A stretch of DNA of 64,000 nt from Asterias rubens (Eukaryota), in NCBI RefSeq assembly GCF_902459465.1, contig NC_047082.1:6758001-6822000 (forward strand). The letters are read 5' to 3'. Below the pieces are notes generated by a model, which saw only the letters and a list, made by a program, of their open reading frames with translations, had not been told where the DNA came from and ran no database searches. Positions 36,507 through 49,199 of this stretch are shown here, piece after piece. The translations under genes were made by a program, and so were the position numbers. Every line of letters starts with the position of its first letter. Position 1 is the stretch's first letter.

Positions 36507-36760
36507 TAGAGTTATAAGAAAGGCGGCCCGGCATGCGGCCTTTTTCTAAGTTGACAAAACAGCATCCCACAATGTGTGTTTGTGCGACCATTTTGTAAGT
36601 TGACAAAACAGCATCGCGTAGCGTTCAATAAGCACAAACTCCAACGTGTACTTCATATTCAACGCGCGTACAGAATGGCGCGCGTGTCTCCTTGCGGTTC
36701 CGTTGCGTTTGTGCAAGCAGCATCACCAGTGCCTTCTAGTTCTTATATATAACTCTATGT
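36507..36760. mobile_element. CATAGAGTTATA-ended MITE (partial inverted copy at ~43300-43440)
   Basis: catagagttataag / tatataactctatg. Confidence 0.7.
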
Positions 36761-37528
36761 GTGACAACCATGCAATAATCATCTCCTTATACTAAAGTGA
36801 ATCATCTCAACTACGGTTCTTCTCAGAACCAACACTTACTCCTAGAACACATCAATATTATACTTGTACATGGTATACCTGTACAAACTAGTTCATGTAA
36901 AAATACCACAGAATATGTGAAATATGTCAAATATCTATCAAAGTTTGCTCAATATTATATTTGAGCAATCATACAGATATCCACTTCCATTAAGTCAATT
37001 CACAGTATTTTGACTGCATGGGGGCATATGTGAAACAAACTTATTTTGTGCAAAACAACTAAAACAAACTCATTTTTAGCAATTTTTGCCATTATGTATT
37101 TGGCCATTGATATAGGAAAACAAAAAATAGGCAGTCAAGATATATGATAAAACTGCAATTGTCATGCAAGGAAATTAACCTATGAAAGTGCCCTCATGTG
37201 GTAAAAAATAATCACTTGGCAGTGAATTAAACTATTATGTGGACATACCAACGAAAAACAACACCCCCCAAAAAATTCAGTCAATAGGCCAGAAATGTAC
37301 CATTACACATGTTTGACCTGTGCCAAGTTGATCATTGCTTGGGTGTATGAGCTATTCAGTTTGGGAATTGGTCACAAACAATTCACATCACATGGTATTT
37401 TGATTGATTATTCCTTGGTAAGGTGCATTATTTGTTTGTTTGATTATTTTTGAGGTTTGGTCAGCTTTGATATCACTTTGTGGTTTTGTCTGTAATATTT
37501 ATTGAGGTAATATGAATGCTTAACAAAC

Positions 37529-37588
37529 CCGATGTTGATGACTGCCATTCTGTTTGTTGATGAAGTCATTTTCTTTCGCATCTGGTCT
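37529..37588 (-). CDS. PTK2: FAK exon (RPDAKENDFINKQNGSHQHR)
   Basis: ttccag/gtttgt, 60 nt, phase 0-0; starts where vertebrate FAK has KPD. Confidence 0.7.
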
Positions 37589-37789
37589 CTGGAATAAACA
37601 GAACAGTCATAATAAAAAAGGCTGTAAGTTTATACTGTCGTGACACCCCCCTTTTTACCGTAGTGGTATGGTTCAGTGCTCAGCTTCCTCCCCTGTGGAG
37701 GATGTGGACTAGTCCAGGTCAGTGACTGTTGAGATTGACAGCTTGTTTCTTTTCAATTTGTGTTTCTTTATCAAACTTATACATGATTT

Positions 37790-38190
37790 GAGGCATTGCA
37801 TGGTGAGGTAACAATGTATTTGTTTGCTGTAACACCATGTGTGTATCTTTTTGCCAGGTAGAGTTTGTTCTTTAGAGAACTGTCTTTCTTTATTCTACTA
37901 CCGCGGAGTAGAGTCTCCCGACAACGACTAGAGCAAGCTAGTCGAAACGTTGAGACAAATTCAAGAACTGACTCCGCGGTATTGCAGTTAATTATGATCC
38001 TATAAGCTAGGTAGTAGTCCCAGCTAATTTTCTATATTTCCGCCCAGGTAGTAGTTAAAAGCAGGACAGTTCTCTTTAGAACTGAGAAGTCTCCCGAACA
38101 TCCGATAAATATACTCCGCGGTAGTAGAATAAAGAAAGACAGTCATGACAGTTCTCTAAAGAACAAACTCTACCTGGCAAGTAGATACAC
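37790..38190. mobile_element. Penelope-like pseudo-LTR/foldback remnant (related fragments at ~6900-7070 and ~7270)
   Basis: Inverted arms gtagagtttgttctttagagaactgtc; contains a hammerhead-like motif. Confidence 0.5.
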
Positions 38191-38199
38191 ACATGGTGT

Positions 38200-38640
38200 T
38201 ACCGCATACCAAATATACATTTATCAAACTTCGCATTGATGCATCACCTGTATATTTGTTGGTAAAGGAACACAAGTTGAAAAGTAACACGCTATCAATC
38301 TCAATCAATGCTTTGCATTTATATGCAATGTTTTGCATGAAGCCGCTTTGGTTTGAGAAATTCGTAATAATGAAATTGAGTTGCAAAATGTTGGCACTGG
38401 CATGATGAGATTGTTGCTTACAATGAAAGAATTAGTTGAACAATTGTTAAAATGTTGTGCTACTGATCTCAATGTGCAAACAATGATAAGAGACAAGAGG
38501 GATCCAATGAGAAAGTTCAGAAAGCTTTTTGTTGGGCCTATCATCAGAAGACATGGACTTGAAAAACTGGTAATTGATGGGCGTGTTGATGGACTCAAAG
38601 CATAGGGGCAACAAAGATTTAGGTTCTGGCACTACTATGG
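38200..38640 (+). mobile_element. Decayed RTE-type LINE C-terminal fragment
   Basis: RKFRKLFVGPIIRRHGLEKLVIDGRVDG resembles the RTE post-RT 'RKL..FGHI.R..GLEK....G.V.G' motif. Confidence 0.5.
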
Positions 38641-39019
38641 TGGATATCGGAATTGGGGGCAGAGATTAGCCCAATTTTATGGCTCTGCTTACCACAAAAT
38701 TCTGCGCTTACAATCACCGATCACTGCTTACTATGCAAGTGCCAAATTTCTGCACTAGTTGTGTAAGGGGAGAATGCCTTATACATTAATGTGGGGTACG
38801 TACGTGCACAAGCAAAAAATCCCTGCTAACCCATGAAATAATTATGCTTGACGTAAATATGGAATTCCCTGCTTCCATAAGGGCTGATTCTTTGTTTATG
38901 GTTAGCACAGATACGAAATTGGACCCAGGTTTGAGGCATGTGGTCGCCAGCATTTAGGATTTAGTACAGTGTTAGTAAGGCACACGAAGAAAAAGTAACG
39001 TATTCAAATCCTGACTGAC

Positions 39020-39205
39020 CAGTACTTGCTCGCTTGATGCTAGCCATCTTGAGTCTGCTTCACTGTCTAGTCTCTGCTGTTTTAACTTCTCTTCCATTCG
39101 CTGCATCTCGTTTAGATGCATCTCCTCAGGCAGCTCAAAATGCTGCTCAAAATGCTGCTGGTGCTGCTGCTGCTGTTGCTGTAACCTCTCAGTGTCAAGT
39201 CGCTC
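39020..39205 (-). CDS. PTK2: FAK exon with poly-Q/H tract and coiled coil (ERLDTERLQQQQQQH...DSRWLASSEQVL)
   Basis: Weak aag acceptor, gtcagt donor, 186 nt; resembles vertebrate EERL..QQ..EEDQRWLEKEERFL. Confidence 0.8.
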
Positions 39206-39636
39206 CTTCGGGTCAAAGGTCAACATGTATATATGGTTTAATACATGGAAAATTTGCATCAGGGATAAAGAATATTAATTTTTGATTTACCCATACACCG
39301 ATGTGTGCCTAAGCACTACATGTACATGTATATACTCAGTACTTTCCCTGTGACCAAAAAATTACAGGCATGTTACTCGGGTGGGATTCGAACCCATGAC
39401 CTTTGCAATTCTAGAGCAGTGTCTTACCAGGGTAGTTTTGACATTTGGTCTTCAGGAGAAGACATCAGGAACAGAGTATACTGGTGAGGCCTCAACGGCT
39501 CTTCTCACAACTAACACTTCTCCCAAAAGAGTTTTAAGGCCCGGTCAAACAGGCCCAGATAACGAGAATCAAAATGTAAACAATGCACGCCTTTGATTGG
39601 TTGAATAAGCGTGGGCGTATTCTGCGTGGAACAGTT

Positions 39637-39911
39637 AATAATAATAATAATTTGGGGGGCTAATCGTCCTTACTCGCAGCTAGGGCTGAATTGCGAAGGA
39701 CGCAGGTACAACTTGTTCGAGAAGCAGGCATGCAAGATCGAAAGTGTTTGATTTTTTCCTGAGGGAGGAAAGCCGGATAGTCTGGAAAACCCTCGTGGCA
39801 CAGTAGAGAACCAACGCACAACTCAACTCACATATGGCCCCGACCGGGAATCGAACTGGGGTCCCCTTGGTGAGAGGCGAGCGCTTTAAGCACAAGCCAA
39901 CCATGCCACCC
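39637..39911 (-). mobile_element. tRNA-derived SINE with V-domain-like core
   Basis: Head gggtggcatggttggc..gttcgattccc; tccggctttcctccc core; (TTA)n tail. Confidence 0.75.
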
Positions 39912-40053
39912 GGCTCAACAAATAGATTGCGTTCTCTTTGCGTCGTGATCGTTATCATTTTCATTATCGCTGCAGTGTGACTCGCATTTGCACATAGTTG
40001 TTTTAAACTTAGCCTTTACACATAGTTGTACCCGCAAGATACAAGTTATAGCT

Positions 40054-40387
40054 AATATTAATTTTTGGTTTTTACCCATATACACCGATGTATGTAGCAC
40101 TGTATACTCAGTACTTTCCCGAGTCCTGTGAAAAAAATCACAGGCATTTTTACTCGGGTGGGATTCGAACCCACGACCTTTGCAATTCTAGAGCAGTGTC
40201 ATACCAACTAGACCACCGAGATTGCCCGGTAGCTAGAGGCAGTTTGAATCCTATGTTTTAGCAGCGGGTACTGCAAACGATTTAATAGATGTTAAATTTG
40301 CATCGGGGATAAAGAATATTAATTTTTAATTTTTACCCATATACACCCATATTCTTTATCCCCGATGCAAATTTAACATCTATTAAA
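40054..40387 (-). repeat. Second tRNA-core unit (~261-bp period) ending in a foldback; related copies at ~39250-39430 and ~45900-46050
   Basis: gggtgggattcgaacccacgacc B-box segment; unit restarts at 40315; 40350-40387 is the reverse complement of 40281-40317. Confidence 0.7.
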
Positions 40388-40444
40388 GTTATAGCTACTT
40401 CATAAGTCTCCTATTATCTTTGAGGAAGATGAATCTGCAGTTAC

Positions 40445-40633
40445 CTGGTGTAGTTGTAGATCAGCAGGCATGGTTCTGATACCCATCAAGGCAGCCATCT
40501 CCTCTGGAGGTTTATGACCCATGTAAGGTCCTTTGATTGTACTCGTTGCTTGGTAGTGATTGGCTGTAGCCTCATACACTGCGGCTGGATTGTGACTAGG
40601 ACCTGGGTAGGTTGGGAAGCCAGGTCTTGAAGG
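40445..40633 (-). CDS. PTK2: FAK proline-rich exon (PSRPGFP...LQLHQ)
   Basis: cag/gtaact, 189 nt. Confidence 0.88.
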
Positions 40634-40995
40634 CTGTTAGCAAATGATTAAAAGCATTGTAAATTTAATCTACGCCAGATAATTTAAGTTGTATTAGGGC
40701 ATACATGTATATAGGTATTACCTTTGACCATAAAAAAAAGAGTTTAATTTTGCAAGCGCTTAAATCAAAATAGATAGAATAAGAGAAAACCGCTTATGAC
40801 TCACATACAAAAAGGTAAATGTGACAAGTTACCAACAGAATATGCAGTCAAGAACATGCCCCTTGCCAAGCTTGAAATGTTATGTAATTGTTAACTGTAA
40901 TTGTGAGCCTGTGGTCCAGTGTTAATAAGTCGAGCCCTGAAGTGGCACAATATATCTGGCACTACTTCTTAAAGAACACAATATTCTTGTCTGAC

Positions 40996-41098
40996 CTTGG
41001 GTGGTGGTTCGTCAGGGAAGCCCCACGTTGATGCAACTCTTCTCCTTTCAGTCTTCATCATTGACTCTTGCTGCTCAACCTCCTCATCACGAATCTCA
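40996..41098 (-). CDS. PTK2: FAK exon (EIRDEEVEQQ...WGFPDEPPPK)
   Basis: cag/gtcaga, 103 nt. Confidence 0.9.
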
Positions 41099-41599
41099 CT
41101 GTAATAAGGTCAGAGGTTAAACTGTCAGGTCGTAATACGTAGGTCAAAATTCATTATACATGTAAATTCAGAATGTGTGTCATCATAATGTTATACCAAA
41201 AGTATATGGACCTTCAAGGCCGGTTTGTACTTGCTTTATTTGTACGCAATGCGTGGACCAATTTATCAAAGCGCGCAGAGTGTAAATGGAAGCACAGTGC
41301 ATATTCATATTGCGCTTCTGCAATTAGGTCGTTCACATGAGTCAGATACAGCGTCAGACAAATTGAAATGTTTTAATATTTGTTGGATGCATTAGGTACT
41401 GACAGTGAATGATGGCAAGAACCTGATTAGAGGAGATGATGTATACCTGATGTATATCCAAATCTGTAAACAAAACATTTGAAAGATTACAGCAAATCTG
41501 GAAAATCCGCGATAAAGAATTGGGGGAATGCATAGACAAATCAATCAGTTAATCAAAAGATCCTTGCACTGCACGGATGTACGAACACAAGTTGACGAT

Positions 41600-41780
41600 T
41601 TTAAAGAAGTATGAACATCAAATCTGAATTTTTATTGTCAGGCTGAAGAGGTAAATTCTCAGCTTTGATAACCAATTGAGTCAAAATGTTCACAGGTTTG
41701 TTATTTTATGCATATGTTGGGATATAACAAGTGAGAAGACTGGTCTTTGACAGTTTACCAAAGGTGTCCAGTGTCTTTAA
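41600..41780. mobile_element. MITE family A, partial copy
   Basis: Right end ttaccaaaggtgtccagtgtctttaa. Confidence 0.65.
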
Positions 41781-41842
41781 GTACATGTACTCTGATCTCC
41801 TGAGAATTGAAATCTACTTTTTGAAATGATGAGACAAACTTA

Positions 41843-42493
<651 letters not shown>

Positions 42494-43044
42494 CCAGGGC
42501 TCAAATTTGGGGTAACATTTCACAAGACTGCAGGGCTTGTAGCTCTAAATTGTTGAATGACCAGAAATTTATTCACAGGATTGGAAATTATTTTACAAGA
42601 CCAGAATCTTTGATGAAAAAGAACTTGTTTCAAAGTTTCATATGAAAACGGGTAATGTGTGAAAAGCACGAAGACAATAATAGGGTTTTTAAGACAATCC
42701 TGTTATTTTGAAAGGTTGTGCATCTTCAAGTTCTTATTGTGATTTGGTAAATGGGAAATTTTGGAAAGCTGGGTGGCAGGTCGATTTCTATTGTTTCTGA
42801 CTGTGTGTGGAGAGTATGGAATGTATTGGGTATAGACCTCCTTATCAAAGACCAAGTGGTGGTTCCCAAAGAGCGACTGAAAAGGCTCATCAACATTTCA
42901 ACATGTATGTCTCAGATGACAGCATTTTGAGTAATAAGGGCCATGTCACACAGGGCAATTTACAGTCAACTGGTTCCAGTTCCAAAGTAGTCCTGTAGCA
43001 TGTACTGCAGTTGGTTGCCTCAAAGTTGCTTGTAAAGTTGTCTA

Positions 43045-43263
<219 letters not shown>

Positions 43264-43641
43264 TTAACAGGGAGAAGACAGGTTACTAGACCAAGAACGG
43301 TTGATTCCATAGAGTTATATATAAGAACTAGAGGGCGCACTGGTGATGCTGCGTGTACAAACGCAACAAGACCGCAGGAGACACGCGCGACATTATGTAA
43401 AACGAATGTTGTATGCGCGTTGAATGAAGTAGGCCTACACATCACTGTGTGTATGATAAATACATGCTATGCAATGTTGTTTTTTCAACTAACCAAATCA
43501 ACAAAAGCATAATAATAAAGAAGTTTTTCTTCCTACAAGTAGCTTAATTTACCTTCCGACCAAATTGAATTATGTCTCCACAGATTTTCTATTTAGGTAC
43601 AACTTTATAAACTTCCAACAGCAACTTAGTTTGATAATTCA

Positions 43642-43797
<156 letters not shown>

Positions 43798-43853
43798 TTA
43801 ATAATTAGTCTGTTTACCAGACTAAAGAATGGGCATCCTATTTCCTATGCAGT

Positions 43854-43970
43854 TTAAAGACACTGGACACTATTGGTAATTTTCAAAGACTAGTCTTCAC
43901 AGTTGGTGTATCTCAACATATACATAAAATAACGAACCTGTGAAAATTTGAGCTCAATCGATAGTCAAAG
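43854..43970. mobile_element. MITE family A, partial copy
   Basis: Left TIR ttaaagacactggacactattggtaatt. Confidence 0.65.
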
Positions 43971-44370
43971 TGTTATTGTGTGAACGAAACCAAATCATGC
44001 CCTTTAGAATTTGACTCGCACAAGTCTATTAAGTACACAAACTGCTCATTTCAGAGCCACTACAACTGTTACATTGAAAGAAAATACTATACTACAAAAC
44101 TCTCTAGTTTGAACAATGTTTGGTATGATTTTCTAATGTAAAATTATTTTGAGATACACTTTGAGCTGTTGATAAGTATGCTCTGGTTTTCTGGACAGTG
44201 AAACAAAATATTTATTTGTTACATTGTTAGCTCTATTATATGGCTAAGACCAACACTACTAACCGTGAGTTCTCTTCTTTACTGCTATTTTTTTAGCACA
44301 ATTTTACACACATAGTATACAAATCGACAACAGCAATCTTCTTATTGTGTGGGGGTATTTTAATGTCTTA

Positions 44371-44487
<117 letters not shown>

Positions 44488-45051
44488 CTAAACATAAAAT
44501 AAAAGTCATTTTATTCAACCATTTCAGACACAAAACATCTGAAACACAATAGCTTTGGGTTTTTTGTAACAAGCAATTGCATACAGTCATGCACAAGCTG
44601 GACCCAATCAGCCACTGAAAATATCATGTTTTTTTGGTTGTTTGAGACGATTCCTTACAAAATTTTGCTCAGGTGTCAAAAATTACTCAGCAATTGAGTT
44701 TCAATTAACAGCTTAGACAGCGTCTTATAAGGCTGGATTGCTGATGGTAGCTTGACCATTCTGCTTGTATACAATATTTATACACCAACATATCAACGGT
44801 CTGAAATCCAGGGTTACACAATAACCTCCGGAAAAGGGATATTACAAGGCATGTGTTCCAGCACCTGGTGTGTGTCTTTGTACAGGTCAAAGTGATACAA
44901 GACTTGTACATGGAAAAGTCCAGGTGAATATTTCTGTCAGCCACCCAGCTGCCAGCAAAAAAATTAAGGGAACGCTGATGTCGGAATAGAAACCGTCCAC
45001 CATGAGTACAAACGAATTAGGCAAGTATACAAGTCACCCGACATAATGTGG

Positions 45052-45431
45052 TTAAAGGCACTGGGCACCTTTGGTAATGTCAAAGACCAGTATTCTCACT
45101 TCATGTATAAAAACATATGCATAAAATAAACAATCTGTGAAAGTTTGAACTCCATTGGTCATCAAAGTTACAAGAGAATAATGAAAGTAAAAAACACCAT
45201 TGTTGCACAAATTTGTGTGCTTTCAGATGCATTAAAGGGCTTCAGGCCTTAAGTCTTCTGTCAGATTCAAATATTTGAGTAAGAAGTTACCTCTTTCTCA
45301 AAAACTACGTTTCAGAAGGAGTTGTTTCACACAATGTTTACACTGACAACAGCTCTCCATTGCTCGCTACCAAGTAAGCGTTTATGCTAATAACTATTTT
45401 GAGTAATTACCAATAGTGTCCAGTGCCTTAA
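45052..45431. mobile_element. MITE family A, full diverged copy abutting a FAK exon donor
   Basis: TTAA-bounded TIRs. Confidence 0.8.
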
Positions 45432-45449
45432 GCTGAATAAGTAACATAC

Positions 45450-45550
45450 CTCTCCAAATGGAGCCAGCTCCATGACAATCCATATAGGTGGTTCTGTACA
45501 GACTCCAATCAGCTTAATGATGTGTGGATGATCAAACTGCTTCATTATAT
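45450..45550 (-). CDS. PTK2: FAK kinase exon ([17 protein letters not shown]...ELAPFGE)
   Basis: cag/gtatgt, 101 nt. Confidence 0.95.
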
Positions 45551-46454
45551 CTGACAATTAATACCAAATTCATCGGTCAAATCACTCAAACTTGTTTTTA
45601 AATTCTTGCACTTAAAGAAATGTACTGGTACGAACACAAAGTATGTCAACAACCTTTTCTTGTACTCATACTGTACTAATTGAACTGTATTCAATTGCGC
45701 AGTTTAGGAGCAAATATTTGCTGCAAATCATTCCAGAAACATGTCATGATTATGCATGTTCACGATTTCAGTGGCAATCAATAGGTTTTGTAAGTGTAAA
45801 AAAGATCATTTTCGGTGTCTAAGGGATTAGTCAAAGTCAATTGCAGACAATAAGAACTCTTGGATAACTTTTTAAGACACATAACTTGGAAAGAAAACAC
45901 CACATACATTTTATAGATATCAAATTTGCATCGGTGATAAAGACCACCCGAGTAATACATTATACCTGTGATTTCTTTTCACAGAACTAGAGTAGGTACT
46001 GAATATACAGTGCTAACTGGTGTAAGGGTCAAAACCAAAATTAATATACCACATACATTATAAGAATCATATGCATTGTGGTTCAACTATGTTGCTATCT
46101 GGAAGGAGCGATGGCCATTTTCTTTTACAGAAAACAGGAGTTTCATTAGAGACAACAGATTTGCTAGTAATAATATAAAAAATACTGTTCCATTCATTCA
46201 TCATCATTTCAAGCTTAACCTTCAGGTTTCTTGTTTGTTTTAGATTCAAAGGGCCAAATTCCATAGAACTTTCCTAGCAGAAAATATTGCTTAACAATTT
46301 GCTGCTAAGCAGAAATCAACGGGATACCAGTCACAAATCGTCCATGTGACATGGTATGCTGGTTGGTAACCTTAGTCTAGTAAGCTTGGCATTGGTTGTA
46401 CGAAGCTACATTTTGAGCTTAAGCAGCTCGATGAAATTTATTTTCAAATCTTAC

Positions 46455-46539
46455 ATGCTTCTTCCAGGAATTTCTCTCCGAGTGTTTCAGTGCTTTCCAC
46501 TTTGCATGTTTTAATCGCAACTTCTATTGGGTTTCCCTC
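46455..46539 (-). CDS. PTK2: FAK kinase exon (VAIKTCK...KFLEEA)
   Basis: tag/gtaaga, 85 nt. Confidence 0.95.
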
Positions 46540-46716
46540 CTAGAAAAGTATAAACATATAAATACATTATTCATACCACTGATAGAGGTTTTACCAACAA
46601 AAATAACATACATAACATTATAGGCTAGAAAAATACAAAACAAATTAAAATCAGACAAACTGATTTAAGCAACCCTAGCTGAAAAGCCACTTGGACCAAC
46701 ATTGAAGATTTGGGGT

Positions 46717-47073
46717 GTGTCGTTACCGAGCGGTCTGGTCCATTGGAGACGAGTTCTGATGAGAGAATCAACGGAGTGAGGATTCAATTCCCAATCACGA
46801 CACTCATGTCCTTGAACAAGGCACTTAACCATAAATGATTCTCTTAACCCAGGCGTATAAATGGGAACCCCGAGAGGTCTGAGATAGGATTGTGTTTGAT
46901 TAACACCTTCTACGTGCAGCTATGTTGTATGCTCACCAACATGCCCAAGGATGAGAAAGTTAGAGGAATGGTCTAAGTATGCCCGATGAACAGGGATAAT
47001 ATTGTTGTAAAGGGCTTTGATCTAGCTACAAGGTTATGTGCACAGTATCACAATCGCATATTATTATTATTAT
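46717..47073 (+). mobile_element. Same SINE family, diverged copy
   Basis: tccttgaacaaggcacttaacc...cccaggcgtataaatggg core, (TTA)n tail. Confidence 0.75.
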
Positions 47074-47321
47074 TCAAGTTCAAATTAGAGTAGTGTATGG
47101 GATTGAGGACTGAACGAGATCACAATTGCATCTACAATGGGCAAGTTCAAGTAGCGGCCATACCATACTAGTCAATATTTCATGGTTACCTAAAGCATGC
47201 AATTCAACCTGGGTACCACGCAATGTCTCCCAATGGTCGACTTATAGTCCGTCGCTCGAACTTGACCAATAATGTACCTTTGTTAAACATGAGAGAAACA
47301 TGGTGTTGTTTGAGTTCCTAC

Positions 47322-47476
47322 CTCATCCTTAAAGGCACCTTTATGCACATCACCAAACTGTCCTTCTCCTATGGTAGAGATTAATGACACTTGATCCCTT
47401 GGTATCTCATAGTCTTTGGTTGCAGGTAAGGCATAATCATCATCCTCTATAATCTCTGCATAGTCATCAGAGAGGG
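47322..47476 (-). CDS. PTK2: FAK exon with autophosphorylation site (DDYAEI) and Gly-rich loop
   Basis: cag/gtagga, 155 nt. Confidence 0.95.
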
Positions 47477-48356
47477 CTGGGTAACAAATAGATAAGAAGG
47501 CACATATTAAATACTGTGGAAAGACAATTTCATGGTTCTGCTTACTGCCGAATTCTGCGCTTACAATCGCGATTCCCCGCTTGACGTGCTAGCGCCGAAT
47601 TTCTGCGCTAGCCTTGTAAGCGTAGAATGCCTAGTAACGTGAAGTACGCACGCGCACAAGCCAAAATTCGCCTCTAACCCATGAAATATGCTTGCCGTAA
47701 GCACAGAATTCGCTGCTTCCGAAAGAGCCAATTCTGTGCTTACAGAAGCAGAGCCATGAAATTGGACTCTGATATCACACTTCATGGCTCATGAATTACG
47801 TCAGAGAGTGGTCTCTAGTCTACATGTAGGTCAATCACTGTCCATAATCACCTTTCACCTACATTCATACGCAGGCAACTGAAAGTGCAGCTGCCAAACG
47901 TCACCCCGGACCAATCAAACACATATATCCAATGAAATCACTGGTTCTGATAAGCCAGTACCAGTCTACAATGGGTGTATCTTTGTGCAACCTCATTCCC
48001 ACCTTGCTCCCCCAGGCATTCTTTACTTGATCATACATGTAATCCTTGGAATTTAAGTTACCACTGTATGGTACATTTCAATAGCAGACTTTTGGGGACT
48101 CTAGGTGGCAGCAGACTTACCAGGTAAATCTATTGTACCCGGTAATGTGCACGTGCACAGAACTACGTAAACAATGGAACTTAACCTGGCAAGTCTGCTT
48201 CTACCTAGCGTTCAAATGTCTCCCATTAGGTCTGTGGATGATCTGTTCTTTGCCAATGACAGAGCATGGTACCCAGTTCTCAAGACGGACACCATTGTAA
48301 ACTGGTAAAGATAAAGAACTGCCTTCCTTTAAGTTTCAACAAAAATGCTTAAATAC

Positions 48357-48430
48357 CTGATTGCGTGATGTGTTTCCTTCTGCTAGTACTGACTTTAACT
48401 TCAGTGTAATTCTCAACACTGTCTTCACTT
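48357..48430 (-). CDS. PTK2: FAK linker exon (SEDSVENYTEVKVSTSRRKHITQS)
   Basis: tttgtag/gtattt, 74 nt, phase 2-1; bridges the flanking exons in frame. Confidence 0.8.
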
Positions 48431-49199
48431 CTACAAAGAAAAGAAGAACAAAATACTAAAGTTTAAAAATAACATTCCAACGACTAGGATCAAGCTTTAA
48501 GTACAACACCCCTCTTAAAGAAATTAAAGTTGTGTAGCACAGGTTGTGCACAAACTTCCTGGCAACATCTAATGACAATAGCATCTGCCAGGAAACCTTG
48601 CGTAACACGCAGTGTTACTATTATTACATTATCTGGTAGTGAAACCAAGAAAACTCAAGCAAACAAAATCATTGTAGCTTGGGAGTCTGAGGAAACCTAT
48701 TTACAAGGGTGCTTGCTATAATTCAAAACCACCATGGTAAACCTTGCGTTTTCTTTATTTTAAACTTGTATATAAAGAGGCGAAGTATCAGACTGAACAA
48801 GTCCAACCCAAAACACAAAGTGTAGTCTAGGGTCGTACAATGGTACAAACATGTACTCCATGTAAAGCCCCTTTCACATGAGAGAAATTTAGCACGGGTC
48901 CCTTGCTAAATTGTAGCATGGTTGTAACATTTTACAAAATGTACCTCGCGTAAAAGGACAACAATTTTGTCTACTGTCCAAGTTCTCTCGCAAAATTTTG
49001 TCAAACATTGATACAACCTATTTTACCACCATGCTATAATTAAGCGAGGGACCCCAGTTAAATTGCTGTCGTGTGAATAGCACTTAATACATTTTCAAAA
49101 AGGGTACATTTTCAAAAGAGAGCAACAAATGTTCTCTGGGGTCTATATACACATTATAAGTTTGTAGATCATAATAAATCCATTCAGTATATGGCCTAC

